64,000 nucleotides of DNA from Raillietiella orientalis (lineage: Eukaryota), in assembly GCA_036172245.1 (NCBI GenBank), contig JAYWIR010000003.1:5208001-5272000 (forward strand), read 5' to 3'. A program made the translations under genes and the position numbers. Under the pieces are notes generated by a model that saw nothing but the letters and a program-made list of their open reading frames with translations, did no database searches and was not told where the DNA came from. Shown here one piece after another: positions 1-14,050 of the stretch. How positions within the stretch are numbered: position 1 is the stretch's first letter; the number at the start of each line of letters is the position of its first letter.

Positions 1-41
1 ATCTCAGTTGCCTGAATGCTTCGCTTTTCCTTTGTGTACAG

Positions 42-122
42 ATCCACTGTGCGGCGGCTATCCCCGTGTCGGCCATCCGCCCACACACTCTTTCCGGTGC
101 CGACCAAATTCTCGAAAGATAA
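42..122 (+). CDS. Candidate terminal coding exon of an unknown gene starting upstream of the window
   Basis: Pyrimidine tract plus AG acceptor (cttttcctttgtgtacag|) at 41, open frame IHCAAAIPVSAIRPHTLSGADQILER-stop, then AATAAA-containing A-rich sequence. No homology recognised. Confidence 0.25.
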   Translation: MHCAAAIPVSAIRPHTLSGADQILER

Positions 123-779
123 TAAAAAATAAACATACATGTGCTTATGATATGTATTGATGTAATTATTATTGTATATATTCGGGATTTCGAACCAAAC
201 TCTTCTCCTTCTGCAACGAACTTGTTTCGAACGCTTGAGAGTTTTTGGAAGTTATTGGAACCACCGAGCACTCAGTTCAGTTCAATTGTCTGCAACAGCT
301 GTTTTCCAAATAACATGGCCGCCTCCACAGCTATCCTGTCATTCCACTGTAAGTTCGTAGAAGGTGGTGCTCTTCCAAAACAACTCCCACGTAAACGGAA
401 ACTGTCTACTGATCGATGGACAGTGATATTCTTTTGCAAACTGTTGACCACCCTTGATTTTGGAACGCATTGCACGTCGGTGGCCTTTCCTTCCCGGCCA
501 AACGAATCCGTAGGGACACGGGTGCTGGCACTGCCACCCTCCCTGTCGAGCTGAAAAACCAGATTCGCGCTATGACCGTCTGGAACCGTAATGTGGATGC
601 GAGAGTCGGCGCAGATCTCCATTTTAAAAACAGAAAAGAAGCTGTTGGACTTGAACCTGACCGTGCCCGATACCGCGAGGACGATTAATGGGACAACAAG
701 TCAATGCTGTTAGAAAAAAAAAAAAAAAAAATTAGCGAATGAATGGATAAAGCCCCGCCACTGTACCAAGTTCCTACAA

Positions 780-3070
780 GATCCTATGAAAGACAATGAA
801 GATGTCGGCGGTATGCCGGAAATGGGTCCACCCTTAATAAGGAGGTTCCCAATCGCGGGCCCTCATGCTTATCAGGTTTATGAATATTGCGGTACCGGAA
901 GCATTGCAGGCAGATTCTTCTTCGTAATGCACACGCCTTCAAGCAGGCAGGCGTGAAGAGGCATTTCTTTTCACGTTCCCATTTCAGTGTGACCGAGGCA
1001 GACACGAAATTCCTGGAAACGTTACCTTTCATCCCCATCTTCCTGCCTAGTAAAATCACCTTCTCTGGAAGTGCTCCGTCCAAAGCGTTGAAACTTCTGA
1101 TAAAAGGACATTCTGGCAGCGGGTCCGTGCAAGCCAGGATGTATCGCCAGACTTCCCAGAGCATCGACTTGTCAGCTTTGCGACCCGAAGAACGCTTTTC
1201 TCAGCTGCTGATCAGGGTAAATATGACCATCTGCCATCAACGGTTCCCGTTTTCGATGACCTCGTTTCCTGCCCTGAAGAGACAATTTTGTATTGGAATG
1301 TACTCTTGCGCTTAAGGGTACGTGTCGAGCCACAGATTCAGGGTGGATGGGAGTTTCTTGAGGATCTTCCGAGAGGATTCAGGGAGATTCGCTGCTGGAA
1401 AGTCCGACGTTCCCTGTGACCCATTTCGTCCGTGCTGAAGATCCCGAAAGAGGTTCTTCCGCTGCTATGTGGCCTCCGCCGTCGCTTCCCCCTTTCGGAC
1501 CTCTCGTACCCAGGGCAAAATTCTGTAGGTCGAAGCGTTTCCAGCATCTGCGGATCCTCTGGACTATCCAGGTTTACCGAGATCCGGGCTGCAAACTGAT
1601 GGTGACCAACCAAGCTGCAGCTCGGAAACAGCCTCCGGAGCGGAGCTTGCTGCAAGGAGCAGCCGGTTGCGTCACGGGAGTCTTGCACCCTAGGGCGTTC
1701 CTCCCGGACGGAACGAGTTTGGGGTGTCGAGGTAGCGCGTGACTTGCGTCGCGTCCTTTCCTGCTGACGGCGTTTCCGCTGGCAACCGGTTTGAGAGGGG
1801 CAAGGAACTTTACATGAGCTCCTCTTTGCTTTCTTTTCGAGAAGAGAAATCCGGTCGTTCAAGCTGGCGGTTGCAGAGAGAATTGCTCTGCTGATGTTTT
1901 CTCGTACTCTCTCTCGCCATCCGAAAGAAACGCATCCGTTTCCCGGAAGCTCGCGATTTGTCTGCTCGGCGCTCGCCTGCCTCCCTCATCTCCTTGCGAT
2001 CTCGAAGCTCTGAAGGGCGCTCAACAGGAGCATGTGGCTTCCACCAATGCTGCCGCGCCCGAAGCCATCCGAAACTGACCAGATGTGGGGGAACTCGGAA
2101 CCCACGACGCATCCCCCCATTTCTCGGCGTCGATCCTCCACGTGGATATTCGAACCCGCAACCCTTGGTACCTACCACCTTGCGCAGAAAAGAGTAGGCA
2201 CACGGCGGCCAACGCCGGGGGCATTTGTTCGGGTGGGCGGGCTGCCCTGCCACCTTGCGGACGAGCGACGAGCTGGAAGACGGGGCTAGCCGACGCGTGC
2301 GCGGGTTTGGGATTTGTGTGGGAGAGGGCATTCGCGATCCGCCCGAATCTTGCACTCCGAATAGTTCGAATTCCGTGAGAACTTCCCAGGAAGTCGAGGC
2401 ACCTCCTCCCTCCTCCCCCCAGGAACTCCGGGACAGATCCAGGAACCAGCTGTTGGCTCGCGAGCGTCGTCGTACTTCTGCCGAGAACCCGAAAACATCA
2501 AACTACGTCGAAAGAAGAATTCTGGGCTCTAACGGATCTGCTCAAAAGCGCTCTTCTTGAGCGACAACACTCACATAAAGAATACACCATTTGGTGCTTC
2601 CTGCTCTTCGGGACTCCACTGAAGCCATAGATACCCGGATTTCCAGGCTAGATCCAAGCTAATCAGGAACTTGACCGAAAAGACCTTTCGAAGCGCACTC
2701 GCAGACTGATGAGATCTTGTCCTTCGGAGCAGATTCCACAAGGAGGCGCGGACGTCCCTAGAGAACTCTGGACTTCCCGTTCAGTCCTCAGTCTGAGCGA
2801 AAGACCTTTGGCTCTTCGTCCCCTGAGTTTCCGAGAGAGCAAGAAAAGGATCGCGTGGCTTTCCAGCACCCTGTCGACGTCCTCCTCAGCTTCGCCTCCT
2901 GTTTGCAGGAATTTTCCACTCCCTTGAATCGAAAGGGCTCGTGGCCTTCCGAAAAAGATTCCGAATGCTTGGCTTTCTTCTTCTTCGCATCTCCAAGTCG
3001 CCTGAGGAAAATGGGAGTAGCTCCCTATGTTTCCGAGTCTGAGGTAGTCCCCATTTGTTAACTGTCCAAA
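780..3070 (-). mobile_element. Decayed retroelement 5' region, tentatively Ty3/gypsy-like gag
   Basis: Broken Arg/Pro/Ser-rich frames and a knuckle-like RRRICLQCFRY at ~890-925. Shares sequence with the 15.5-17.2 kb block (tattcgaacccgc at ~2147 and ~17139). Family assignment is inference. Confidence 0.35.
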
Positions 3071-3299
3071 ATGCTGAGCTATTCATCCTCAAAGAGGTCC
3101 GTTTTTGTTCCCCCCCAACCACTCCTCTGCTTGAAGTTTCTGAGATTCAGCAAGAGATCACGATGCGCACCATAAGCAAGGCGGCTCTCTTCGTAGAGCA
3201 TTCTTCTGAGCTTGCATCGTAAGACTCTCTTCTGAAACGAGTACCAAGAGAATGAGTCCGTGCGAAGAAGGTCAGCTGCATCGTCCAGCTTTGCTAGCC

Positions 3300-6230
3300 C
3301 CGTGGAGAAGAGGACACCCGCTGATCACTTGCTGCGTCCGGGACTCTTGTGCCAAGGCATCAGGAAGGCAGTGAGCATCGAAGTCGCCAACAGTTTCTTA
3401 GGGACTTCTTCTCCAGTTCGGAATGATTAGAGCTCTCTCCTTGGCCCGGAAGGAAGTCAGAGGGATCCTGAGGTGTCCGACTGCACCGCTGCGTGGCGGA
3501 TGGGCGACTGTTCCTTGCAGATTTTGGCCTTTGGTAATCAGACGCGTTTCTGCTGCCCCTTGGAACTATCTGCTGGGTTCTCGGAAGGAAATTTCAGGAA
3601 TGAATGCCTAGAGATCCATTTATGGATCATGGATCAGCTCTCTGGCAATCATGGACAAACCGACTTCAACAGATCATTCCGCAAAAACAAGATGGCAACA
3701 GTATGTAACTTTTGGAAGCCTGAGTTCTTGTTTGCCACAATGCCGGCCTCCCGAGATTCGAGGTCTTCCTCGTTCCCAAAGGATCTTCGGTTTTATCTGA
3801 AGACTCTCCTGTTAAGATTTTCGACGCTGACATAATGTGTGGCTTGAATGAAGAAGCGAGAAGCAATCTGTTCCTGAAGTCAACTGTTTCCCTGATACGC
3901 AGACTACACAAGCAGCTCATTCCTGAAGGAACCATGGAAATTCAGGTTCCAGAACCCTTTGGGAACAACCCTCTTGAAATGTCCTCTTTGTTCACGCGAA
4001 AGAATCTTTGGCATCAGCTGAAAGATGTATCAAGGGATGACTGAATGATAATGGTAAAAAGGGAGTTCAGAATCCATTCCTTGGATGTGTCCAGAAGAGT
4101 GTATTCCTGACTGCAAGGTCTTCTGTCGTCCCAAATGTAGCGCTTTTCTCTCGATGGTTGTCGATCTGGTATGTGGTTGAGACTGCTGAGGCTGCGTAGA
4201 AACTACAGAGAACCGCATGCCTTCGAACACATGCAGACGAATTCCTCTACATCTCGCCACAGGATCCTGTTTGACTCCAATGTCCAGACTGTGCAAATGG
4301 AAGGAGCTGCTGTCCTTATCTGGGTTTTCTCGTGAGAAGCGGTTCTCCCTCGGGGCACTGAGACTCCCTTCGAGGAGCTGGAGGATTCGCTGCTTTGCGC
4401 TTTTTTGTCTGCTCGTCGAGCATTGGTCTGCCACACCCCGATGCAAGCGAACAACCAGCCAAAGCCGGAAAATTCCTCTTAGTTTTTCTTGTGCTGCCCA
4501 AGAAGACCCTTTTTTAATGGGGTAGCATTCTCGGAATCGGTGCCCGCTTAGAAATCGGTGAAAGGGTGGTTAAATAGTGATTACATTTCCTGGATGATTG
4601 AGGGATCAGCTTTTACCCTCTAAGGTTGTTGGGACGAACCGATTCCACCAGATTCCAGATCTTGGGTTTCGTTGCGGTATCCAGGGCACCCAGTGCAGTT
4701 CGCAATCTCTGGTTCCACGTTCGTTGGCTAGGGTCGCTGATATGAAAACCGTGAGACAACAGGTCAGAGGAAGTTGAAGTGCCTTCAGCCATTTAAGTTG
4801 TCCATCTCACAATTATCTGTTGCTTCAGAAATGCTCGATTCATATGGGGAGCAGTTTGTTCTTAATTCCTTATTGGAAAAGCTATGATAGATTCCTCTGT
4901 TAAGGAGGAAAACCTTCTATCCAGACATCTGGACCCTCATTCCTTTCATTCGAATAAAGCAGCGAGATCGCAAATATTGAGCGTTACCATGGTGCGTTTA
5001 CGCTCTAGAGATTCATTCATAAAAGTAACGCCACTGCGAATTTTTATGAGCTGTTTTAGACATATAAAAAGTATTTTAGACGGTGATCAAAAGTGCTTCC
5101 CACGTGTGGAAATACTACTGCCGGAAGAGCCGGAGATTACAAAGTCCCCGCTGAATTTTGCGGGAGAAACAGAATGTGCAAATGTTTTCGGGAGTCTGTG
5201 CTCGAGACGTGGAGCATCCGTCCCGATTGCCGGTTCCCCCTTTCGTTTTCTTTCTTCCGGGTAAGTTCGGCCTGCTCCTTCCCCTACCTGTTTCCTCCTG
5301 GCAACAAGTGAGACGAAATGAAGCCTCGAAGTGCTCGCAGATTTACAAGATGGCTGCGAAAGCACTTTCCGAACCCGAAGCCTGCCATTTCCACAGAACT
5401 TCTCCTTGGACTTTCAGGCTTGTTCTTCGTGTGATGTTGGAAAAGTTACGATGCATTGAGAAAGAGATTGCATCCTTGACGGGGGAAACTTTTTATCAGG
5501 CCCCGGCAAACTAATCAAGAACTGAGCCATGCAACCAGAGTGGAGGTTGGCTCGCTTGAACGGCTCGCACAATTGCAAATGAGATGAGATGCTGAATGCG
5601 AAGGCCTTGCAATAATTCTGCCACCTTAAACGGCTTGGGAGAAGAGGAATCCTGCATCAAAGAGCGTTTCGAGACCGCGGGGCGAGCGCTCGAATCATGA
5701 GCGGAGGAACAGACCAGGGTCCACCGAAATGATGCTGATAACGAGTTTGCATTAGCTGTGAGCAGGTCAGTCGTGCTCGTGCTGCAGACGATTTTGAGCT
5801 TCCATTTGGTGCGAGCAGAGAAACGCAAGTGCTTGAACGGGAGGTTTTCATTCATGATTCGGGTTGGCTGCCCAGGGATGAGGAGGAAGAATGCAGAATG
5901 GTTTCGGAAAAAGGGAGAAAAAAAAAAAAAAACGGAAAGTGTTGCAAAAGACTCCTAAATTTAATCAGGAATCTTCTAAAGATTGTAAGATCCTGCAAGG
6001 ACAATCCCCTCGATGCGTAGCAAACACTTTCTTGCGCTTTCCCGCCCACCACGGAACACGGAAATTCCACGATTGGCTTTCGTTTCGGTGGTCCACAGGT
6101 TGTTCAGATGCTCACATCCTGGATGATAACCGCAGCACGAGATCCATTTCGACAGATGAAACGTCCGTAGCCTTTCCTCATAAACGGACGTGCTACGAGC
6201 CGAAACAGCTTCATTTCATATGGCCTTAGT
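3300..6230 (+). mobile_element. Decayed R2/NeSL-type non-LTR retrotransposon fragments
   Basis: Frameshifted RT-like segments around 3900-4450 and a CCHC-like GRNRMCKCFRES at ~5160. Heavily interrupted and probably more than one element. Confidence 0.35.
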
Positions 6231-8799
6231 TGACATATGTTATTAACATGGCACAAGCCCAGGTAGCTAAGAGATTATGTGGCTTTTTTTTGCCATGACT
6301 TTTGAAAGCCGAAAAGCAAGCAAGCAATAAGTGGTTCAGTATGGGAAAGGAGTTAAACTGATTACTTGATGACAGCAATTGATCGAAAGGGTGATTAAAA
6401 CAATTCGATCTATTTAGACTGCGGAACGCTCCCTTATCTGTCTCGGCAGAGGCCTTTTTCCGCCATTGCGGTACTCAATTCTGCTATAACAGTCAGATAT
6501 GAGGTAAATTGCTCTTTTTCACTTTGGATGTGTGCGTCGAATAATCGCTGCAATCGAATAATGCGTGGTTGGCATGCACCAGTTACCAATTTCACTTCCC
6601 AGCTTCACCAATTCAGGGTCAGGCGATCGGTAAAGCTTAGCTGCCTTCTAAATTCTATTTAGAGATCTAGCGAGATGGAATCCCAAGCAAGTGGAGATGT
6701 TTCACGTACAGTCCGCCCCTGGGTTTGATTAACTTCCAAGGTCGGCTGCTACCCAAGGTGGGCATCCCCAAGTTTCAAGCTTGGAAAGCTTACCCCCCAT
6801 CAACGGCTCCCTAGCAATAATTTGCATACCTAGTTTCACACTTGGCGCAATTATTCATTTTGGAAAATCGTGCCATTCAGCTTTCCTTGATCGGAAGGTT
6901 GCCCTTTATGTTCGGAGACCAGTCTCTTAAGAATGTGGGTTCATTTAAATTCTGCTGCCTTCGACCTATCAGGTCTAATCAATCAGTCTTGAGTCCAAAT
7001 ACTTATTGTGTATGATCCAAGATGGAACCATTTGAAAAAAAAGGAAGAAAAGAGGATGTATCCCGAGTAAGAGTCCTGAATAGGAAAATTTTCGGTATAA
7101 GGAAGAGTAACGGTGCCATCCCCCCCCTCTGCTGATGCATCTTGCAGCCCTGATTTACCCGGGTTTGCCATGGCATTCAGCTCACACCACTTGCTGAGAG
7201 CAGCTCGAGTTCTGGAAGCAGGTTCGTGCAGCTCCCATCTCTGACACGTTCAGCTTCATAATGTTTCGACAGGATCGTTTGGTGCACGATCCCCAAAGCC
7301 CCTCAATTCAGAAAGAACGTGGGTCACTTCGGCAGGTAGGACATAGTGCGAGCAGTGCGCAAATTTCTCTGTGCTCCACATGCAAGAAAAACCCTGCAGC
7401 ACCGATTACTGAATAGTTTGAAATCAAAGCAGGAAGAAGTCCTTTTTATAATCATTTTTGCAGTGGGACGTGTTGAAGGTTAGGGGTCCTGAAAAGGAAG
7501 CTGTTCCGAGGCGAACGAATGCCCACAAAGTGATCCTTATCTCGTTTCTAAAACAAACCAGTAACCGAGAATGGGTGCTCGCGGCCAGGATGGAATGTCT
7601 TTACTGGATGATCTGAGAGTTGGTATTTGTTCACAGCTGATGGAAAGACGTGCATCTTCAGTTGCGGAAGTCTGCAATGTGGGTCAGCGCGCCCTCTCAA
7701 GAGGAGATCGAATAATGAGGAAATTCTTCAGGAAAGACGACGCATTAGTGGAAAACATGAAAAAGGGGGGATTGGATGATGCTGCAAAATTCATTATCTT
7801 GGCTACTGAAATTCAGTCCAATGAATCAATGGTGGTCGAAAAAGTTGGATAAACACTTCAATGTACATCAGCGCTACATACAAATGGATGGGTACAACAT
7901 GGGGGTTTGCAACCAGGATCTACAAGAGCGAGATGGTCAGCCTGCTCGGAAAAGTAGCCCGCAGCATTTCTGTACCAGATTTCGAAGGACCCACTCCATG
8001 CTGAGAAAATTCCCATTTCGGGAGAACGTTGCTGCAGACAGTACGAAACTTCGGTTCCCGGTTCATCAGTGCTCTCTCTCGAACCGAAGCTTCGAAAGAT
8101 TGAGCCAGCCAGCTGTAATCCAAGGAAAAACACCACAGGATCTCGAAAATCCAGATAGCCGCTCTAGAAATCAAAGGAGGACCTCTTAGAAAAGCAAAAG
8201 ACTCCGTGCTGAGTGTGATGCTATGACAGATGCATGAAGTGCCCTGGCTTGAGGGAATGATAAAAGCTTGGCACTTAAACGAGGCACATGCAAAGACAAC
8301 GCTGTTGATGCGTAGTAAGTGAGCAGCTCAAATGACGCTCACTCGGCATTTTTTTTTTCCCCGTCTGACACTTCACCCGTTTGGGCGATGCACAGAAGTG
8401 CTATGGCGACCTCCAAAAACTAGCATGGATCGCGGTGATGAGACGCTCCAGGATGAGTAAGGAGAAGACAGAAAAGGAATTACTGCAGCCAAACTCACAG
8501 AGGCCGAAAAAAGAACCTTTTTCACTCGTGGTACCTGCTGAAAGCAGCTTGGGATGAGTCATCCCCAATGATCCTTGCCTAGTTTTCCGTAAAGTGATCC
8601 GAGAAGACGGTAGGTGGAGCGAGACAGTCGCCATCAATGCGAATTCAGGAATCCCATAGTCGTCACGAAGTGTTCCCAAAGATTGCTCTGTGAACGTCGT
8701 CGTTCCGAGACACGACACTGCTAATGATGCTGACACGCACGCCCGTTCACAGATGAAGATTGAAGTTTTGGTGGATTAAGGCTGTAGTGACAACGGGAG

Positions 8800-10200
8800 G
8801 AGACACTTGACTGAGGAATTTTTCCCACCAGCATGCAAATGTTGACGAACCTTCAGAAAGGTGTACAATGCAAACGGTAGAAATCTCATGAAGAATTTCA
8901 ATGGTTGAGGGCTGTTGCTATTTGCCACCTACTTCCGCTCTAACTTTTGTGCCAAGTTTTTTCGTCTGTTAGAAAAATTAGGTAAATTTAAGTACCGATA
9001 TTTTCTTGGATCTCACACAATCTTGTTTGCCGTTGTTTACCGAAAAATTCAGGTGCAAATAATTGTAGGTTTTCAAGTTTCTTGACCCATCCGTACTCTG
9101 GCTAACCCAGTAGAATTAGTCTTTTCCTGAGGCCATGCTGTTGATCAGGGTAACAAGGTCCACGCAGAGGCAGATGAGTTATCAACTGGTGGAAGTTTGC
9201 AGCAGTGGTCAGTACCTAATTTTGTTCTTTGCAAATATGCACAAACACAATTAAGCTGCAGCAATAAAAATCGTCCCGAGTCGTTCAGGATGGCGAGGTC
9301 ATAGTTCATTTATCGGTCCTAGCAGTTGTATTGGTTGGTGTTCCGAGTCATGTTGAGGAAAAATTCACCCTGGTTTCTTATCAGTTTCTCCTTGCCTATA
9401 CCGGAATCCTGTGTACACCCACTGAGCTTACAGTTCCCGCACATTGTAGGTGCATTTCAGGCTTGCCAAGTTCAATTTTTCCCAGCAAAAAAACGCCTGC
9501 GATACGCAACTCCCTAGATGCACTCCCTGCATCCGCCGCTGTTCATCGATGCATGCCTCTTTCATTCGGATGTCGATTGGCATCGTCTTGCTCGCTTTGG
9601 AAAAGTGTCACGAATGGTTCCCTCTTCATCCAACTCCGGAGTCAGCGCCTCATCTAGAGAGATTTTTCAAGGAAGCAGAAAATCATGACAGCGTTACAGA
9701 CACACAGGAGGTTCGTCAGGAGATCAGTGTTTGATTGATCCCGGGGCTGTCGAAAGAAAGTGGACTGAAAAGGAATCGCTGAAGTCTCTGAGACTTCTCT
9801 GGAGCAGGAACCAAATTTGTTAATACGGGAAAAGGACCGAGGCAAGAAAGGGCCTTGGCTGAAATCCAGAAGACACACATCGACTGTGTATTGCCCTTCC
9901 ACGGATGCAGATCTTCGATCTTGCCCGTTTCTTTCATCATAAATTCGCGTGGCGAAAAAGTTAAACCATCGAAAATTTGTCTTCGCACGTCATCGCGCTC
10001 TCGAGAACGGCGTTGCTCTTTTTCGAATGCGGTTCTCCGTGTGCGGATGATTTCCAAGGAAACAAAACAAAACAAAAGCTCCTAAGAATTTCTGCACAAG
10101 GAATACTCTCCTGGCATCCCTTATGGACTTCGAATATCACAAATTGTGTCAGCAAGTCGCCTCCTGCCTCTTTGAAATTCTCTGCGACTGAGGGAACTAT
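8800..10200 (-). mobile_element. CR1/Jockey-group LINE reverse transcriptase remnant
   Basis: VDVCLLDFSQ (~9860-9890) matches the VDVIYLDFSKAFD motif. SIPCAEIL (~10085-10110) lies upstream in the expected order. Many stops and frameshifts. Confidence 0.45.
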
Positions 10201-13200
10201 CAGGTCACGTATCCTTGAAACCGCTCAGTGAAGTACGACTCGCCTTCACATTTGCATCTAAAATCCATATCCGAACCGCGGTCTCAGTCTTCGAACCAGC
10301 AGAGTACATCACCACTTTTCACGGGAAAGGGCGTCGAGTTTTCGCTGGAAACGACCGTCTTCGAGCTGTCCGTTTTGCTTGCCTCAGGGCGCATGAAACA
10401 TCATCCAGTGACCATTCATGCATTCGCAAATTCACGGGGAGAGGGTCATCTTCCCCTTTCTGCGCATGTCGTCTCATTCTCGCCTCGTCCAGATCCCGCG
10501 TTAGAAACGTTGAAGATGACCGAAACACGGATCTCCCCACTTTTCTCCTATGGACAAAGTTTGTCTCAGCGACTAACCTGTGAGAAGGATAAATTCTGCA
10601 AGGAGCCGAGGAGTTAAAAAAATACACATCCGACTTAACAAGAGGAAGGCGATTACACGTTTGTTCTGCGCACACGTGAATAGCGAATTCGCCGCAGCTT
10701 TTATTTGCCCCTTACTCTCTGGTGGACTCCCATTTGCGAAGCAGGGCATCTTTAAAAGTGCTCGGACACGCGTGTGCACGCGCGGGTTCTTCTCCTGTGC
10801 TAGCAGACGCTGCACGTCCATAGGTGGGCCCCCCACCCCCAACACCCCACACCTCGGATCGACTTCTCCGCTCCGCCGCTCGCCATTTCCGAAGATTGGG
10901 CGGCGTCGGGTTTGGTGCACTTTCGAAACTGATCTGACCTTTGTCCTTCCAGCCGCTGTGCCTCGTGAAGTGTTTCAAACTCCACCTGCGCCTGATCTCC
11001 GCTTCCATCCACGAGGGAGAAACTCTTTCTCTGAGCAATCATGGTCAGAACCTCCCCACCATGAAGATCATTGAACACAAAGGGCCCAAAAACCTGACGG
11101 ACATAATGCTGACAAACAACTCGAACAAAGCGATTATTATATACCTCATTGGCAACCCTATGCAGCAAAAGATAGGTAGCTACTTGATAGAATATTGGGC
11201 TACAAGATAAAACGAAGCGACGCTGAATAAAGTCCTCTGTAAAAGATGTAAAAGACTTTGTACTGAAGTCACCCGGAGCCACTGGGACAAGAGCAGATTG
11301 GTCGATCCGAAGTGCTTTAAATATAGAAAGGACATGGGAGTCATCAACGACGTTTGAGTAAATACGTGAGATCTTTGTTCTTGAAGACGAATATACAGAT
11401 ACGAATTTGGCTATGCTATGTAACAAAACAGACGAAACACATCGTTTCTATTGGTACCAATAGGAATTCCCCCCAGACCGAGTGCACTCATGCAATAAAA
11501 GTCAGATTTCTTGAAACCTCAGTGTGAATTCTTTATAAAGTTGGGACGTGGACTGGAATAAGGAGGAAACCTTTCCCAAAGGCAGGAAGGACATTCTTCA
11601 TGGACTCGTCTGGTCTTTGCACACAGTCCGCGTAACTGACGGTGGTTCTCCGTATCTTCAAAGTTCGTCTTGCTGGTGGATATACTACATGAATAAATCC
11701 ATAAGTAGTCAACGAGTTTAGAATGAAAATTCGGCTTGATAGGGGGAGAGCGAATTTATTATTAAAAATTTATTCTTCACATGTGTGAATCGCAAAATCA
11801 CGGCAGTTTTCATCTGCTTCCTAATCTTTGGTGCTCACTCCTCCGAAGCTGCCGGAAGCTCTATTTTCCTTCGAGTTATTGAACACAAAAATGACCTTCG
11901 TTAAAACCATGGACCGTTATCTGAGATTCTGCTCGGATATCTCATCGAACAAGGCATGATGCTCAATTTGGGACCTGGAGCTTAATCTGGATTCATGTAG
12001 TTTGAGTTGATGAATCACGGGAAGAGGGAAACATTTCCCAGTCGCACAAAACAAGGTTGGGAGTCCATGAAGAATGCTGTGGAACAAACTTACACGATGA
12101 TTCTCTTAGATTATCTGTTCCATGGAGCCAGCGTTTCTGTATTGGTAATCGGAGTGGAATTTCCATGAAGGCTGGATGGCCAGTCAATCCGAAAGGATAA
12201 AAAAAAAACACACACACACACACATTTCTTTTCCGCTGGCGCAAGCGCACGAAGCGCAAATACCATGGAAACGGCAGCAGAGTTACTTCTTATTCCTTGC
12301 CTTTTCTCTCTCATGGTTCCTTCTTTCCTAATCATGGATCCGAATTTCTCATCTCGAGGTTAAGTCTCATTACATTGGCAAAGAATATAGAAGGGTCATT
12401 GTGTCTCTCTCTATATAAGGAGCTAAGTAACCGACGACATGACGCTTGACGAGATGCTTCCAAATGTAGTCTCAGAAAAGAAATCGCAAGATGGCTGAAA
12501 TTCGCAAAATCCCCTTCTTAGGCAGATGTTAATGACCGATGTGCTGATTCTCTTAACATCAACGCAGAGTGAAGAAAAGATGCCTTTCTGGCTAGACAGA
12601 TCGGCTCAATAAAATTCCACGAATAGAGGAACGTTCACTGAACTGGACTGGACGACTCCTTTTCCTCTTTTTTCGAGCACGCGGGTCTGTCATCCTTCCT
12701 TCGTTGCTTGGTCCGGATTGGAACAACGAGATGGCACTTTCTCATCCTCTTTTGCTGCGATCGCATCTCGAAAATCTTGTATTCTGGTTTCTTTTCTATT
12801 CTTGCGTGAATGTAGGGTCAGATGACCATCAACCCAACCATTTTTTTTTTTTTTTCTTGTTTCCACATTCCTTCCATAAATGTTTTCCAGTCCTTCTTCT
12901 CCATTGTCTACCAGCCGCATGTTGCAAGACCTATTGAGATGTTTCGCATCACGCCGCATTTCATCCCCAACTTCTCTTTCGTTCTCTTTCGTCTTTGCTG
13001 GATAAGAAAGCGCACGCCTTGCTGTGACGTTCTTCATTGTCCAAGACGACCTGCATTGCAGGTTTGGACGGTTGCAAACCATACGGTTTCTTGGAAAGGG
13101 ACCAAGAGACTTCTCCTTTACTTTTTCCTACTCCTCACCATTCCAAGGCAGATCTCTCAGGTCAGCAGGTTGAATACTATCCTCTAGTGTTCAGAACTCG

Positions 13201-13449
13201 CTATGCCCTGGGGAACTAATGCACGCATTTGTTAAGTACCACTGATTCTGTATCTTTATTAGCATTATCTGCTCGAACTATGACCTCGAAAACGGGTTCA
13301 AGCAGATAATATGGCAACATGAATCACGAAGATGTATATAAATAACCATATGTGCGTCTATATCCGCTTCTATGTCCGCATATGTAGGTGTGTACTTATC
13401 ATGCGCATTTTTTGCATTCCCATCGGACTACGCAATGCATTTTTCGTTC

Positions 13450-14050
13450 GCTCCGAACGGCATCTCAAGGAAACTCTTCTGGAGGCGGTGATGGAGCAGA
13501 GACAGCAGTCTGAGCTTTCAAAGTTTCTCCGATTCAGAACTTCCGAAAGCAGAAATGTCAACGTCCGGAATGCAAAACGAACAACTGGAAATTTCCTTGC
13601 TGCTGGCAAATCGTTGATATTCTGCGGAGCAGAGTCATCACCGGAAAGTGAGAAGCCATCTCGCAATCTGAGGATCGAAAAAAGCATCTTGTCCGTCTCG
13701 CAGCTTTCCTCTTTTCAATTCGGAATGAAGATCTGGCGGTAACACGGGTACTGCACTCGTGGCAAAATTCTTCGCCCTGCCGATGCTCCAGGGCTTTCCA
13801 GAAAACGTGGATCCTCAAGATCCCTTGAGTCCCTTGAAGATTTTCCATCTTCAAGGGGCTCAAAACGAGCCAAACGGTGGTGGTACACGAAGGTGCGTTT
13901 CCATAGCCAAGATTACTATCCTACAAGCGACGTGCAAAGGCATTAGCGGAGAGATACCGCCATTGATCACTAGAAAGCAAGCAGCGTACGCGTTGTAACT
14001 TCCGTACATGCTATCTCGTATATCCTGAGGTCGCCAGAACTTCACGAGAG
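13450..14050 (-). mobile_element. R2/NeSL-type RT N-terminal remnant
   Basis: LKMENLQGTQGILRIHVFWK resembles ENSAPGPDGLxYxxWK, followed in order by degenerate WRPI-like and GF..DGC-like segments. Confidence 0.35.

Noticed and set aside
250..650. Possible RLE endonuclease domain on the minus strand
   Set aside because: Equally compatible with the gag/protease-like continuation; motifs are not diagnostic.
2707..2745. CTGATGA followed by a UUCG hairpin, hammerhead-like
   Set aside because: No GAAA core after stem II and no stem I/III pairing found. Other CTGATGA hits also lack it.
7200..8200. Possible Mutator-like transposase remnant
   Set aside because: Resemblances (GKTPQDLEN, ECP) are too faint to support a call.
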